From assembly GCA_964106645.2 (NCBI GenBank), contig OZ067043.1: 64,000 bases of DNA; one strand, given 5' to 3'. Origin of the DNA: Podarcis pityusensis. Taxonomy: Eukaryota. The number at the start of each line of letters is the position of its first letter. The first letter of the stretch is position 1. A program made the translations under genes and the position numbers. The notes under the pieces are model-generated. The model was not told the origin of the DNA. It made no database searches and saw only the letters and a list, made by a program, of their open reading frames with translations. Shown here piece after piece: positions 37,739 to 51,323 of the stretch.

Positions 37739-39380
37739 TCAGTTTCATAGAAGAAACACCACAAGTTAAAGAATACAGGATGTATCAAAGATGTGCAAGG
37801 TTATCCAGGATGGGGTGGGATTTGCAGATGCACAAAACAATATACACACAGAAGATACACACAAAAGGAATGGAAATACGTTAATTTTGTTAACAAGGAA
37901 GCCCCAATAGATGTGAATTAAGAGAAAGCAGGCACGTATTAGGTTTCTCTAAGAAACCAGCAAGATTATTGGTTCAGTGTGGCATATCCCATTTTCTATT
38001 GCTACTGCTTTTGGGTGGGAAGTTATCAGTCATAAAAAAACACACATTTGAGGGTTTGGATTTAATTTAAGTGTCTAAACAGCTTGCTTTGGTCTTGTCA
38101 GATACAGTTAACTGTCAAGCATTTATGCTGAACAAACTTCCCTCTCATTTGATATGTTCAGCTAGCAGAAGTCCTGTGGTAACTTCTTGGTTAAAACTAA
38201 TGAGCCTTCCCACACATGGCACCAGTGGTCAACTAATTTTAGATAGACTAGGTGGCCAGTGAACCTTTTGTCAATATGATCAATGTCATTCTTGTTGTTG
38301 CTGTCATCTTTACAGTGATTCAGTACAATGCCTTGCAGCTGTGTCTGCAACTATGCAATCTGTACCAATGTTTCAGGAAAACTCAGTTAAAAAATTAGTG
38401 GTTAAAAGAACATAGCCATCACTAAGAAGCAGCTCTGACACCAGCTGTATCTCTGGAACACAGCAGAAGGTCAAGGACAAACAGAGGCACCTCTGTGGTT
38501 CTCCTGCAGTTCAGAAATGGGAAGGGGCTGTGGACTCCTGCAGGCCTTCTCTGCACCTGCCATGCAGCTGGAGTTCCATCCACCTGAGGCACAGGCACAA
38601 AAATGAGCCAATGGGGAGGGCAAAGGCTTGTTTTAGCTCTTTGCTGGCATCAAACAAGCATGAAGCTAAAGCAAATTGCAACCTTCCTCCCATCTTTGGG
38701 GCTGGAATCATCCCTCCACCTTTGTAGCTCTGTTTCTGGGAGGAAGCTTCTGGCTTCTCTCGTTCACCAGAGCCCAGCTGATTTTTCATCAGGTGAGGGC
38801 TAAAAGCAAGATTGCTGAACACAGTGTCTCACCAGAAGTGCTTTCTTTCACTAATAGTGTGCAGAGGTGATATACAGACAGGGTTGTATTCAACATATCA
38901 CTAAGCAAATCATTCTCTCCCTTTCCTCCTCCAATGTGCTTCCTAAAACTGTTCTGAGCGACCCCCCTCCCCAACCCCCTCCAAAGCAGATTTGGAGATT
39001 GTGTGGCATAAAGGGGCATTTGTATCTGACATTGTCACTACAGGGTTGGCATAGGAGGTGGAAGAGATTAACCTAAGGAACAGAGGTTGGGTAGAAAATA
39101 CTGCAGCTGCTAGAACGGGAAAAGTTTAAGGGTTTGTTGTGTTTTTGTTTGTTTTTTAAGAGAAGAGGAATTTAGGAAGCATTCAAACCCAATCACAGCA
39201 ATTAAATGGGGTTGAGAATCATAAAAGTATCTTCTCTCTGCCCACCCACCCTCTTCCAACAGTGGAAGAATCTCTGAACAGAAAATCCCACCTTATGCAT
39301 TCCACATAATTTCTAATGTGATTATTAAAACACTTTAAAATGCACATGTGATTTAGACTCTAGAAGACCTCTTTCCTTAC

Positions 39381-39470
39381 CTGTTCTCTACAAGGAAATC
39401 TACCACACATTTCTTCAAGCAGTACAGATGAGCATCCATCAGTCCTGTCCTAATGTGCATTTTAGAATGC
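39381..39470 (-). CDS. EIF2B3: eIF2B gamma, exon 6 (90 nt)
   Basis: tttccag|G CAT...AAC AG|gtaag. Translates (K)[29 protein letters not shown](R), with the conserved DAHLYCLKK motif. Confidence 0.96.
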
Positions 39471-40606
39471 CTGGAAAGGGAATGAAAGAGAGTGAAGTTA
39501 TTCGGCTCTGCATTCCACAGCCATTTTAAGAGCTCCACTTTAAAATCACTACATGGTAAAGCTTTACAAGAGACATCTGTGTTCCCAAACCCTTGCTGCG
39601 GAATTAGTAGGGAGGTGAATGTTGATGGCTTCCATGACTAGACTGTGTCATACAAACATACACCTGTTCATCCATTGCCCTTATTCCATAAGTGCTGTAG
39701 GCTCCAGCCTGCAAAAGCTTGGGCCACAATTAATCCAATAGTCTTTGAAGATGCCACAAGACTATTTGATAAGGTGGTGGTGGTGGTGGTTGTTGTACCT
39801 CTAATACAATGGATATTCTTCACAAGTGTTTTGCATATATTTTCTTTAATTTTTATTAAATGCAGAAACCAAGTTAATATGAACTGTAGTAAGATTTCAA
39901 GTTAGGTATACCAACTTCACTTTGCTAGTTATTTCTATAGAAACAATTTTCCCATATACAATATGGGATTTCCCCCACATGAATACATTTTAAATCAGGG
40001 TTTGTTTCTTCTTAAGAGATGGTATTACAAATGTTGGTGTTGGTGGCATCCATCTGTCTTGGGAGACAATGGGAGTGCACCTCTGGAAGTGAAGTCAAAC
40101 CATTGCATTAGCAGCGCCAAAGTGACCTCCAGGGGGCACAAGTCTGGGCAGTGTGCATGGTGGTCTTGAGCTGTGCACACAACATGGACAATAGATCATG
40201 ACATGCAGAGGAGAAACATGAAGCCTAGGGATTTTTTTGTTTGTTTTTTTGCTAATGACCTGCATCATCACTTTAAATTCTCCTTGACCTGCAAATGTTT
40301 TTAACACAGATAACTCAATCAAAGCAAAAGTAAAATACTACATAGTGCTTCATGTCTTCTGCACGTAAAAGCAAACATGTACGGTAAAGAAACTAGAATC
40401 ATACAGTTTGGCACTGACTTCTGAAACCAGGCTTACCCAATGAAGAAGCATAATCAGGGTCAGAATCTAACCATGAGGGTCAAAGCAGAATATACAATTG
40501 GTGCATCTTGAATGAGGCAAGATGATAGTTCCAGTTTTGCTCTCTCAGCAATTCTGCTACTTGCATCCATGGGAAAGGACTCTATTATTTATAGCACAGT
40601 CCTATG

Positions 40607-40780
40607 CAGTGCTTTTTTCTAAAAAAAATGTTTAGGGGTACTCTCATTTTGACTCAAGAAAATCATAATTTTATTGTTCAAATCAGGAAAAAGAAATACA
40701 GTAAATGGACAAAAGTACAAAGATTCACCAAATGTTTAGGGGTATGTGTCCCCCTGCGTCCCTCCAGAAAAAAAGCACTG
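40607..40780 (+). mobile_element. hAT-type MITE
   Basis: TIR CAGTGCTTTTTT / AAAAAAGCACTG, with a perfect 8-bp TSD GTCCTATG (40599-40606 and 40781-40788). Confidence 0.88.
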
Positions 40781-42871
40781 GTCCTATGTATGTCTACTCA
40801 AAAGTCCCACTTCTGTGTTCAATTTTCAGTGAGGTTTAGGGTAGATCCAAGAAAGTTAGAAGAATAACTTTCTTCGCCCTTCCACCTGACTTGCTACACC
40901 CAACCCAATCAGCTCCAAAAGTTTGGGGAAACCTCCAGATGAGATTTTAGGAAGTGCAGGGGGCACACAAGGCAGGAAAGGGTAGGGTAGTTCCAATGCA
41001 CAAACAGAAGCCATCTTGCTCATGTAATGATTTTGTAGGATACAATCCATAATTCCAGGTAACTGTACAAAGGATTGCACCGTTAGAGTGCAAACTTACA
41101 CAAATTTACCTGAGTAAATCGCACTGAACAGGGTGGGACCTGCTTTTGAGTAGACATGTGCTGTTAGTGTGACTTTTATACTTACTGAAAGTTCCCAGAA
41201 GCAAGGTTACTCATTCACTTAAATGGCAGATTGCACCCTGTATATTGCTTTGACATGGGATAAGAGACTTCACTGTGTACACAAGGAACTTTGGACTGTA
41301 GCCAAAATATTGGCTTTTTATTATCTTCTGCTGAGAAAATTTGGGATAATTTATAATTGATTTCTGGGTCAATACCTGTAGTATCCTTCCTATTTAATTT
41401 GTTGGTTGAATTAAACGCTTCAGCCAAGTGTGGCAACTACAGAAACTGAAGAAATTGTTGGAAATGAAACTTCTTCTTTTCTCTTGTAAACTGGAGACAA
41501 TGTGCTGGAGAATTTGGAATTCTCATATGTTGCCACCCCACACAGCTCTGCTCAAATCCAATGCAGCTGCAGGTCACATTTCAACAACAACAAAATCCCA
41601 TATGCATTCCACTAACAGTATAAAGCAGGAAACACCTCCCTCATTCAGGGTAGTACACCACAAAAATAATGAGGTTTTTGTTTATATCTGAGCTTTAAGA
41701 GAGCAATTCCAGAAACTGCAAGTTCCTACATGGTAGTATTGATTTAATTAGCCTGAATAGCACATTTTGTTTGCGTTAAAGACCTCCAACACATTTATTA
41801 AAATGGAGTCATAAATGTTAACTGCTTGCTCAACTACTTAAAGATGACCAAGTGCGGGGAAGATACTTCAAAACTCATTTCAAACTCCTTTATAAGCAAA
41901 TGCAGCATGTTTTAAGGGAGTTCAAACTATATTTAATTAAAAAAATTACCCAGTCAGTCAATCAGATCATACAAATCTTGCAACCCTGCCAACAATCAAA
42001 TACAAATTAAAGTCATGAAAGAATTTATGGAAGTACAAACCCTGAAGCACTGCAATTCTATTCCTGGCAAATACGACAACCTTCCGTGTTAAAACAAATC
42101 TAGGCAGGATTAAAAGAATATTGCCCTATGGAGTTCAAACAAGTATGGATCCTCAGAGTTTTGAGGCTAAATCTAGAAATAAACACTTCAGAATAGAAAA
42201 AAAAATATTAATAGAATAATATTCAGGCCTCTTAATTACTCCCTAAATTATCAGTTTCCCTCCTCTGACCCAACACAGTGAAACCAGAGCACCTACAAAA
42301 CTGACTGATAAAGATTATATTCCCATAAAACATGGAAACTCAACTTTCAAAGCAACAAGGGCCCTAAATTTAATTAACATTCAGTATCGTCACATATCTC
42401 TGTCTGAGACAGCCTCTCATGAGAGCACTAAATTCTTCCTTGCATAGAGGCATGAGACAAAAGTAGCACCTTTGCCTTTTATAATTGTAGGGATGGTGAG
42501 GGGGACAGAGGGGGCTTTAGTCTTAAGGTGCAAGTGTGTGTTTTAAAGACTAAAACCATTTCTGTTAATTTCACTGAGGGATAGTGGGAGAGATATCCTT
42601 AGTGCTGGAAAATAGCTGGAAGCTGTACAAGGTAGGGCATTAAGAAAAGCTGCAAAAGAATTTTGGGGATGACATAGAGTCATAGACAATAGAGAAGTCC
42701 ATAAAAAACACAATGGCAATCTGCTATTGGAAGAGAAGACAAGGGGCAGGACCTAACTGCTTAAAAAATGGAGGGGGAGAATCATTTCAATAAAGAATGA
42801 AAACTCATGTTCTGACTCAAAGCAGATGGAGGTAGAAGACTGATTTTCAATGACTTTGCTTCTGTTTTAAG

Positions 42872-43042
42872 TAGTGCTTTTTTCTAAAAAAACGTTTAGG
42901 GTACTCTCATTTTGACTCAAGAAAATCACCATTTTATAGTTCAAATTGGGAAAAATAATTACAGTAAATGGACAAAAGTACAAAGATTCACAAAATGTTT
43001 AGGGGTATGCGTCCCCCTGTGTCCCCCTTGAAAAAAGAAATG
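42872..43042 (+). mobile_element. hAT-type MITE (second copy of 40607..40780)
   Basis: Near-identical internal sequence, degenerate TIRs, 8-bp TSD GTTTTAAG / TTTTTAAG. Confidence 0.82.
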
Positions 43043-44424
43043 TTTTTAAGAGGCTTTCCCCTTAACAGAGACTTGAGCTATGGACAGACAATTGAGCAGT
43101 GGAGGACGGAAATGGTGCAAGGCATGAAAGTCCAAGAACACCAACATATGAATCTGCCATCAAGTTTATCTAATTTGGTCCTGTTCTTTATGGAATAAAA
43201 TTAAGGCTTCCTGGAAAAAAGCATCAGATACAAAGCATGAACAACAATGGTCTAGTAGCTATTCAGAAAGACATGTTTGAATATGGTGTTTTAGAAATGT
43301 AGAGAGAATTTAGGAATCTATTAAAAACTGCCATGCGGTCAAATACAATGGAACAAATAGCTGGATAGGCATACATCAAGCGCAGTTAGTTTGTGTTGGT
43401 GCTGCTTCTCACTCAACATCTTTCCAGTTTTAGAACATTTAGAACTTGCAGGAATAATTCAAGAAGAGACTATATACACATTGCACTAATTATGTTAACA
43501 TTAGCATGGAACATACTTGAGGTTAATAAACCAGTTATGAATGAATTGAATATTTTGGGTGTACTGCATTGACAAACACAGGATGCTAGAGCTAAGCCTC
43601 CAGAATTATGTTTTTACACAGTAAAAGTGGAATAGTGTAGTAACTGCTTCATGGAATATTTGTAGAAGAGCCGTGGAGTCCTGAAGTAGCAGCAGTGTTA
43701 TATTCAGTGGCATTAGCACAATAGAAATATCTGAAATGAACTGAGACATCAGTGTCAATGACATCTTAAAGAGGTGGTGATGGATAAACAGGGCAAGCAT
43801 TCTTCTTCTGTGATTAATCAACATGCAAGAGGGGAGAGTGAGGATGACCATGCTAGTTCTTCCCCCATTGCTCTCTATGAGCTGGAGAGGGAACTTCTGC
43901 AGCGGGAAAACTTCTCTGCTCAAGTAGGCTCCTTGCAAGATTTAGAACCACAGAAAATATGGGTTCTATATCATGCATGAGTACAGAAGGTTCCCTGCTA
44001 CAGGAGTTATCCCTCCAATTCATGGAGGGAGACTGGGTGCTGGTGGTAGAAAGTTGTACATTTTATCTCACACTCCCCTGTTGCATCTTGTGGAGATGTA
44101 GAAGTTGAACATATGAATAGGATAGTAGAGTCAGTTATATGGGGTAAGGTAGTCACAGAACCATAACGCAGCTCAAACGTGAAGTATGAGCTGGTTCACA
44201 TGACCTGCTAAGCCAAATCTTGGGCTTTAATTTCATCACCAAAGTCCCTTCACCACTGAAAAAAAGACAGCAGTAAGGCTTTCCATCAAGAGAGATAACA
44301 TAGACTAGGTTGAATGGGTTTCAAGGAGGAGCTAACAGATCTGTTCTACAGCCATCTCTCTCTGGACCAATTCAGAAAATATGCAAAAGCACTGAAAAGA
44401 GGATACCTTCCCCACACTTCCAAT

Positions 44425-45208
44425 TAGGGTGACAACTGGTTTTCAATATTGTGATATATCACCAGCTAAACATTGTGATATATTGCTATGTCACGATATC
44501 TGAAACAAAGAAGGAACCACGCAGAGGTGAACAGGAAAATGTCCTGGCAACTGCTACTACTTAGGGTCCAAAACAGATAAATTATGATATTATCAATCAC
44601 CTCATCATGATCCCTTTGATCAGCAGGCAAGCCAAAACGCAAGCTGAAAATGCAAGTTGAATGGAACTATACAGAGGCAAGTTGCCAGGACATTGTCCTG
44701 CTTGCCTCTGTATAGTTCCATCCTTATTTCAGACATTGTGGTAGATCGCAATGTTTACCTGCTGATAACATTGCAGTGTTTAGCTGGTGAGTTATCGCAA
44801 TGTTCAGCTGGTGAGTTATCATGATGTTGAAAACTAGATATCACCTAGCCCTTACACACATTGTGATTCGCAATATGCAGTGGTACCTCAGGTTAAGTAC
44901 TTAATTCGTTCCGGAGGTCTGTACTTAACCTGAAACTGTTCTTAACCTGAAGCACCACTTTAGCTAATGGGGCCTCCTGCTGCTGCCGCGCCACCAGAGC
45001 CCGATTTCTGTTCTCATCCTGAAGCAAAGTTCTTAACCTGAAGCACTATTTCTGGGTTAGCGAAGTCTGTAACCTGAAGCGTGTGTAACCTGAAGCGTAT
45101 GTAACCCGAGGTACCACTGTATTGCCAGCTCAAATATTATGAAACAATTATCATGATGTGAACTTCAAACCGGTTTTGGACAATAGATCAATATATCACC
45201 CAGCCCTA
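44425..45208. mobile_element. Degenerate hAT-like fold-back element (host of the nested Tigger-like MITE)
   Basis: Ends TAGGG.../...CAGCCCTA, 8-bp TSD CTTCCAAT / CTTTCAAT, and long imperfect internal inverted arms (about 44425-44550 vs about 44680-44852). Confidence 0.65.
44878..45119 (-). mobile_element. Tigger/pogo-like MITE (family copy B, inverted, nested in a hAT element)
   Basis: Reverse-complement copy of 6262..6503, with the same TIRs and TG/TA flanks. Confidence 0.9.
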
Positions 45209-48200
45209 CTTTCAATTTAACTATCTAAGGCTAAGCAGAAACCTCCATATCTTCCTACAGTCTTCTGTGCATACTCCCCACAGGAGATGTCCCCACTTTG
45301 AATATTATGCTAAAACAAAGGAACAGGATGCAAGAGTCACCTGTGTCATCCTTTTTGGCACCTCTGAATAACACCAGGAGTAACTCTTTGATGAGAAGTG
45401 TTGTAGCATAGGGACTAGGATTGTATTCAGATTGGATTCACAAAACTCTTTCTACTGAAAGATGCCTTTATTCAGACACCTTGCAGAAAAATCCACACGA
45501 ATTGCACTAATGCAAGTGATTCATGTACCTTAGGAGAGTGTCTTTCATCATAAGATTAGACTACTCTCTCACTACCTTCATCTCTGTCTCACATGGTCAT
45601 AAAAATTCTTTCAGATGTGTGATGACTGAAGTTAAGGAACTGCCATAGGAAATAGGATTACAAGGCAAAACTTCTCCTTTGAGGGGTTTTGCTGGCTTTC
45701 TTCTACGTTTTTACTCCAGACACTCAGTAGCTGACAAAAACTTTTATTTCTTTTTTTAAAAAATGAATGTTGTAGGTAGCAAGCCAAAGTTGGTGGAATT
45801 ATTAAGCCCAGATATAAAAATCCTTAAGTCAGTGCCTCTAAAACTGTGCCTTTGTTATTTTTCCTCCGATTCCCAAGCCTTTAGCACAGGTTATTAAACT
45901 CACTTGTTTTTCTGAAAACAATTAAAGTTGTCATTCAGTTTTCAGGATTCTAATAAGAACCTGAAATATTCAGTTCTCCACAACTGTTCCATTTTATCCA
46001 TACTAGAAAGGAGTCACTTCACAGAACACACACTATTCTAGACCCAGCAAACTCAAGCAGTGTGTTGGAAAATCAACCATGCTAAACATACACACCCATT
46101 ACCTACAACAGCCTTCCCCAACCTGTACTCGAAATCACATCATCTCTGACCACTGGCCATGCTGGCAGGGGCTGATGGGAGTTTTAGTTCAGCAACAGCT
46201 GGAGGTTGCCTGTTCTCACCCTGACTTAAGTTCATCTTCAATGGTAAGCACTCACGACTTCCTACATTTTTCTTCTCACTTTCCTCTTTTTAAGTAACAT
46301 GAGCCATGTAAGAATCCTACCCAGCTTCCAAAATGTCTCTTATCTTCATACACCAATGTACTTTTCACAATGGCTGTATCCTAGCACTCTATTATTAAGG
46401 AATAGATATATCAAGCAGAGGCCGGAGAAGGAAAACAAGAACAGAACAAGAAGGAATGCTCTGTCTTATCGTGCAGACAGATAGTGAGGGGGACCCCCCA
46501 AAAAATAATAATAATGGAAAAACCCACAGGTTAAAGGGCTTTGCCCAACACAGAATTTTAAATTCTGGCCTTCAGCATTCTCATTAAGTACACTTGGGGC
46601 TGAGAGGGTGAGCAAAAGTAAGACTGAAACACAGAAATGAAATAATTTTGACACAACCGCGCTCCAGTAGTCTGGCCATTAGGAGAAGAATGGAGCTGAA
46701 TCCATTATTCTTTCAATAGCGTCTGGTGCAGCTAAATATGTGCTCACATACTCTCCTTCCTGAAAAGCTTAAAAAAAATTCAATAGCTGCTTGGCCTGGG
46801 AAAGAGGTGTTCACTGAAACGCTAACGCATGGACCAAGCACAGAGCAGTACTCTACCTGATGAACAATATGTTTCAAGTACTCTTAAAACCAAAGGCTGC
46901 AGGAGAAAAGGGAGTCTGAAGAGGTCCTGTTCTCAGGGGTTCTTTTTAGATATTCTATCTGGAGGCTGCCCTTCGGGTGAAATGTTCCAGCCACAACCCT
47001 AGCCCATTCTACTGCAAGAATTGAAAAATGGGGCCCCTCTGAAAATAATCAGGCTTGCTGAAAAGCCTTTCTTGCACAAATAGTTTTAATAATAATGCAA
47101 ACAGAATTTGGCATCCCTCCCCCACCTAGGTTCTAGCTGAATTTATAGTACCCTGAGATTCTGTTATTACTGTTCTATCTGGCCAAGACTCACAGTTTCA
47201 AATGGGGAGCTCAAAGATATTCAACAATGTTCACTTTATTTGACCATAGCTTATCCAATGACTGTGATGTTCAACTTTAAAACACTTTAAAAATAAGTGA
47301 CGCTTACAGCAGATGCAATGCAAGGAATCTGATAGTCCCTGGATTATTATATCAATAACTGCTATAGTATTTTAAAGCACATAAGCAGTTTTGGCATCTT
47401 TTCTTGGCCATCCTCACAATCCATTATGCACTTCAGCTAGTATTCAGTGGCAAGCAAAATTTTGCACCATTTTTATTCCAGTTTTATTGCAACAATTTAT
47501 TTAGTTGGGCATGTTTCACCCCACAATCAATTCCTATTTTTTGAACAGCAGTTTGAAACTGTGCCCCCTTTCTTTTTCTTGGTTTTTTAAAAGGTTTTCC
47601 TCAGTTTTCAGACGGCATCCCCTTTCCTTCTGCTCATCCTCTGAGTCAACGTGAAAAAGACACAAGATAATCCTATTGTACACGTGGGGAGCCAAAGATG
47701 AAAGGTAATGACTTGCCAATAATAGCTGAAACATATAGACAGTGGTCATGATCCAACAAGCTCCTTCATATGCCCACCAGATTTCTCTCAGGAGCATTTG
47801 CAATCCACATGCTGTACACATTTCATATATAGTCTCAATACACTATTGCAACCAAGCTGAAGTGCATGTTACTAAAGTGATTGACTAGAGTTCTCCAGCT
47901 TACATCTGCCTTCCCTTCTGTTTCCCATTGTGTCTATTTTTAGATTCTAAGCCTCTTGGGGTATGGACTTGTGAAATATACAGTCTGAGGAAAACACCAT
48001 ATATATTTAAATTATTTATTGATACATTCATTTATTTAAATTATTCATACCCTACATTTTGGTATGCCTATCCTTCCAAGATGTCTTACAAGTTAATATT
48101 GCCATGGTTTTATTAAGGTAGCAACTAACCACAACCTTCCCCACAGGATTACTGGTGGTAATAGGTCAGGGAGGAGGGAACAGAAGGGCCAATCCAGCTC

Positions 48201-48762
48201 TTCCCCTGCTTTTCTCTCTCTCTCTCCTGGGAACATTCCCAAAGGGCAGTTGATAGTAGAACTGCCTATGGGGGCAGTGGGGGGGGGAGAGAGAAGCAGT
48301 ACAGTCCTGCTAGAACACGTATTTTCTTTGCTTACCTGCCTCTTTCATCTTCCTGCCTCCCACTTCTCAAATCCTTTGCATATGACAATTTGGAGAGCAG
48401 CTGGGGGAGGCTCCAAGGTGGTCTTTGCCTTCCTCCTTCGCTCTCTTCTTGAATCATTCTCCATAAATACATACATACTTTTTTCCTACACCCGGGTTAT
48501 TATTGTGTGGAAATACTTGTTTTCACTTATGCTTCCATCTGACTAACCTAGAACCAGAACCAGACTCTTGAAGTGGCGTGTCTAGTTTCTTGCTCCCACA
48601 AAAGGCTTTCATGTTAGAGGCAGTGCATTCAGCAACTGGAGAGAACTAACTTTCACCTTTCAGTTGTTGACTATTTATGTTCCACAAGGCATGAAGATGG
48701 TGGCCATCAAACAGGGTAAAAGCTGATATAGTGTCTCACTCTTTTATTCCTTTCTCCAGTTA

Positions 48763-49041
48763 CAGTACAACCTCTACTTATGATCATAATCTGTTCTGGA
48801 GGCCCGGCCACTGGGCGAAACCAGACTCTAGTAGAGTTGCCATTGTGCGCATGCACATTAAGCACCAGCACACTTCTGCGCATGCGTAGAGGCGGCAGCC
48901 GCTTCCGCGCATGCACAGGTGGCAGGCGCCGCTTCCGCGCATGCGCGAATTGCAGCAAACCCAGTGTTTACTTCTGGGTTTGCCACGGTCGCAACTTGGA
49001 ACGTCCGCGAGAAGAGGCAGATGTAAGTCGAGGTTCCACTG
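48763..49041. mobile_element. Tigger-like MITE, CpG-rich
   Basis: Imperfect TIR CAGTACAACCTCTACTTA vs CAGTGGAACCTCGACTTA, TA TSD, and internal GCGCATGC repeats. Confidence 0.8.
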
Positions 49042-51087
49042 TACTTGGCCTGTCAGGGAAATTAAAGAGAAATAATACTTGCACATGAACTCTCTCTCCT
49101 GTGCTACCAATCAAATTAATAATAAAACCACAAGAGCAATTCTGGTTGGGGACCAACTGAACAACAGTCAGAAGATGATTCAGTGGATTTTCCACCAATA
49201 AAAGGAGGATTTTAAAAATATCATCAGTAAATGTCCTAAATGACCTCACAAGCAATCCACTAGTTCATGTTTCCTGCTGATATTTAATTTGCTGTTTCCA
49301 CCTGATGGTGCTGAGTTTCACCACAGTGAATAGCATTGGCCACGCACAACATTCCCTCAGCAGCCAGTGCAGTAAGTGTAGCAAATTGGCATCATGTAAT
49401 TCCAGTTAGTTCAATCAATACCAAATGTAGCTAAGTTTAAAAACAATGAGATCACTTTTGAGTATTCTTTCAAACTGCCTGCATTTGTAGACAAAATGAT
49501 TGGGTTTGAGTAACAGCCCTATCTGTCCTAGGCTTCTTGGAGTAAGACAAATCAATAGTAGCTTGCAAAATGAAAATAAAATGATCACACAGGTAGCTGA
49601 AAAAATAAATCCCACAAGGGTGCGGGGGAATTCCTGTACCCACTTTAAAAATGCTGTGCTACGGCACAACATTAGACATTTGCGGGATAGTAACAGAAGC
49701 TGCAAAAAGAGCTTAAGATGAGTTTAGTAGCAGTCTTGGGTCTCTCAAGGATTGAGGACATTTAACTTTTTAGGAAGGAACAGCCACATGCCTCACATTA
49801 CTCTTGCAGTGCTTCATGTAATATTTCTTCTCTATTCTGCTTCCTTACATTTGTCAATATATTTCCAGCCAGGGCAGGGGTGTTAACTCACTTTGCATTC
49901 CAGTCTGCTTTGCGTCATGGAGTTCCGCAGCCCATTGATGAGTAACATATGTCTAACATGTGGCCGAGAAGATTCAGGCCGTGTTCAAATAGGCATGGAT
50001 AACTCTTCTGACCTCTGACTCAGCCTTCTGCGCCATCCCAGCAGCACAGTAAAATGCGGCTAGACAGCTTAGGAACAGTCCACTAAGAGGATGCTGCCCA
50101 AATTCAAAAGATCAATACCTTATATATCTCTCTCTCACACACAGGCCTATTCAAACTTAATAAAAAAGGAACATTTATGATTCACCAGTGTTCACATTCT
50201 CACCAGGAAATTTGACACTGCTTTCCCACCCTCAATAGTGTCTCTTAAGGTACACAGTTGCACACTTGTACGTTTGGATGTACCAGGAGCTCACACAGGC
50301 CAAGCTTCATCTATCAAATTTGAACATATAGAGTTCTATTAATATCTGTGTTACAGTAAGAGGCAGAAAGCCACCAGGATATTGTCTCCCATATGACCAA
50401 CATGCAGCTGTTTCATACACTATAGAGAAGCGGGACACTTAAATTCAACAACAACTCTGGCCCAAGTGAATTCCTTATTCCTTATTCAATTCTAGGCAAA
50501 AAGTCCACATTCTGTGTGCACATGCAACAAATAAAAAAAATTTGATATGTATGTGTGCACGCATGTGCAGACACACTCACTCATGTTCACAGAAGAGTGA
50601 AAAAGGTGGACCATTAAGATGTCGATGTGGTTCTGCAACTTTGGCATTCATCCCAAGCAAGATCTAGCATGCTACATATCTTTTCAGGCAGCCAATGAGG
50701 ATACATCTGTTTTGCTGAGACTTCCATTATCGGAAGAGTTTATAGCTAATTTAAACTAGTTAATGAGGTTTTGACTTTTTTATATAGTTTAAACTACTGA
50801 AGTAGTTTCTAGCTTGCTTTCAAAACATTGGACGGCCCCCCCCCGACATGCACAGCTGTTTGCACTTGAGGGAAATTGCTTAGGTATTTATTATTATTGA
50901 TCCAGTCTTCTCTAAGCACTGCAGCATCCATAGATAGGAACATAGGGGCCTAATCAGCCCTCTCCCTCACATTTCTTCAGGTATGCATGGATTTTATAGG
51001 AATACATGCACAGCTTTCAGTTCTACAAAAGAACTGATGTGCAGAACTGCAATGGGGGAAGGGAGAGGGGCACATACAGAGGATATA

Positions 51088-51323
51088 CAGTGGTACCTCA
51101 GGTTACAGATGCTTCAGGTTACAGACTCTGCTAACCCAGAAATAGTACCTTGGGTTAAGAACTTTGCTTCAGGATGAGAACAGAAATCGCACGGTGGCAG
51201 CAGGAGGCCCCATTAGCTAAAGTGGTACCTCAGGTTAAGAACAGTGCTACTGGAAGGATTTTTTTATTTAGGTTAAGAACGGACCTCCAAAACGAATTAA
51301 GTTCTTAACCCGAGGTACCACTG
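51088..51323 (+). mobile_element. Tigger/pogo-like MITE (family copy C)
   Basis: Same TIRs and TA TSD. Internal sequence is near-identical to copy A with small indels, and it appears inserted at the head of a tRNA-derived SINE. Confidence 0.9.

Noticed and set aside
42480-44200. Possible nested gene from short ORFs and purine-rich sequence
   Set aside because: There is no coherent splice or ORF structure. It looks like very old LINE debris interrupted by a MITE, and I could not assign a family with confidence.
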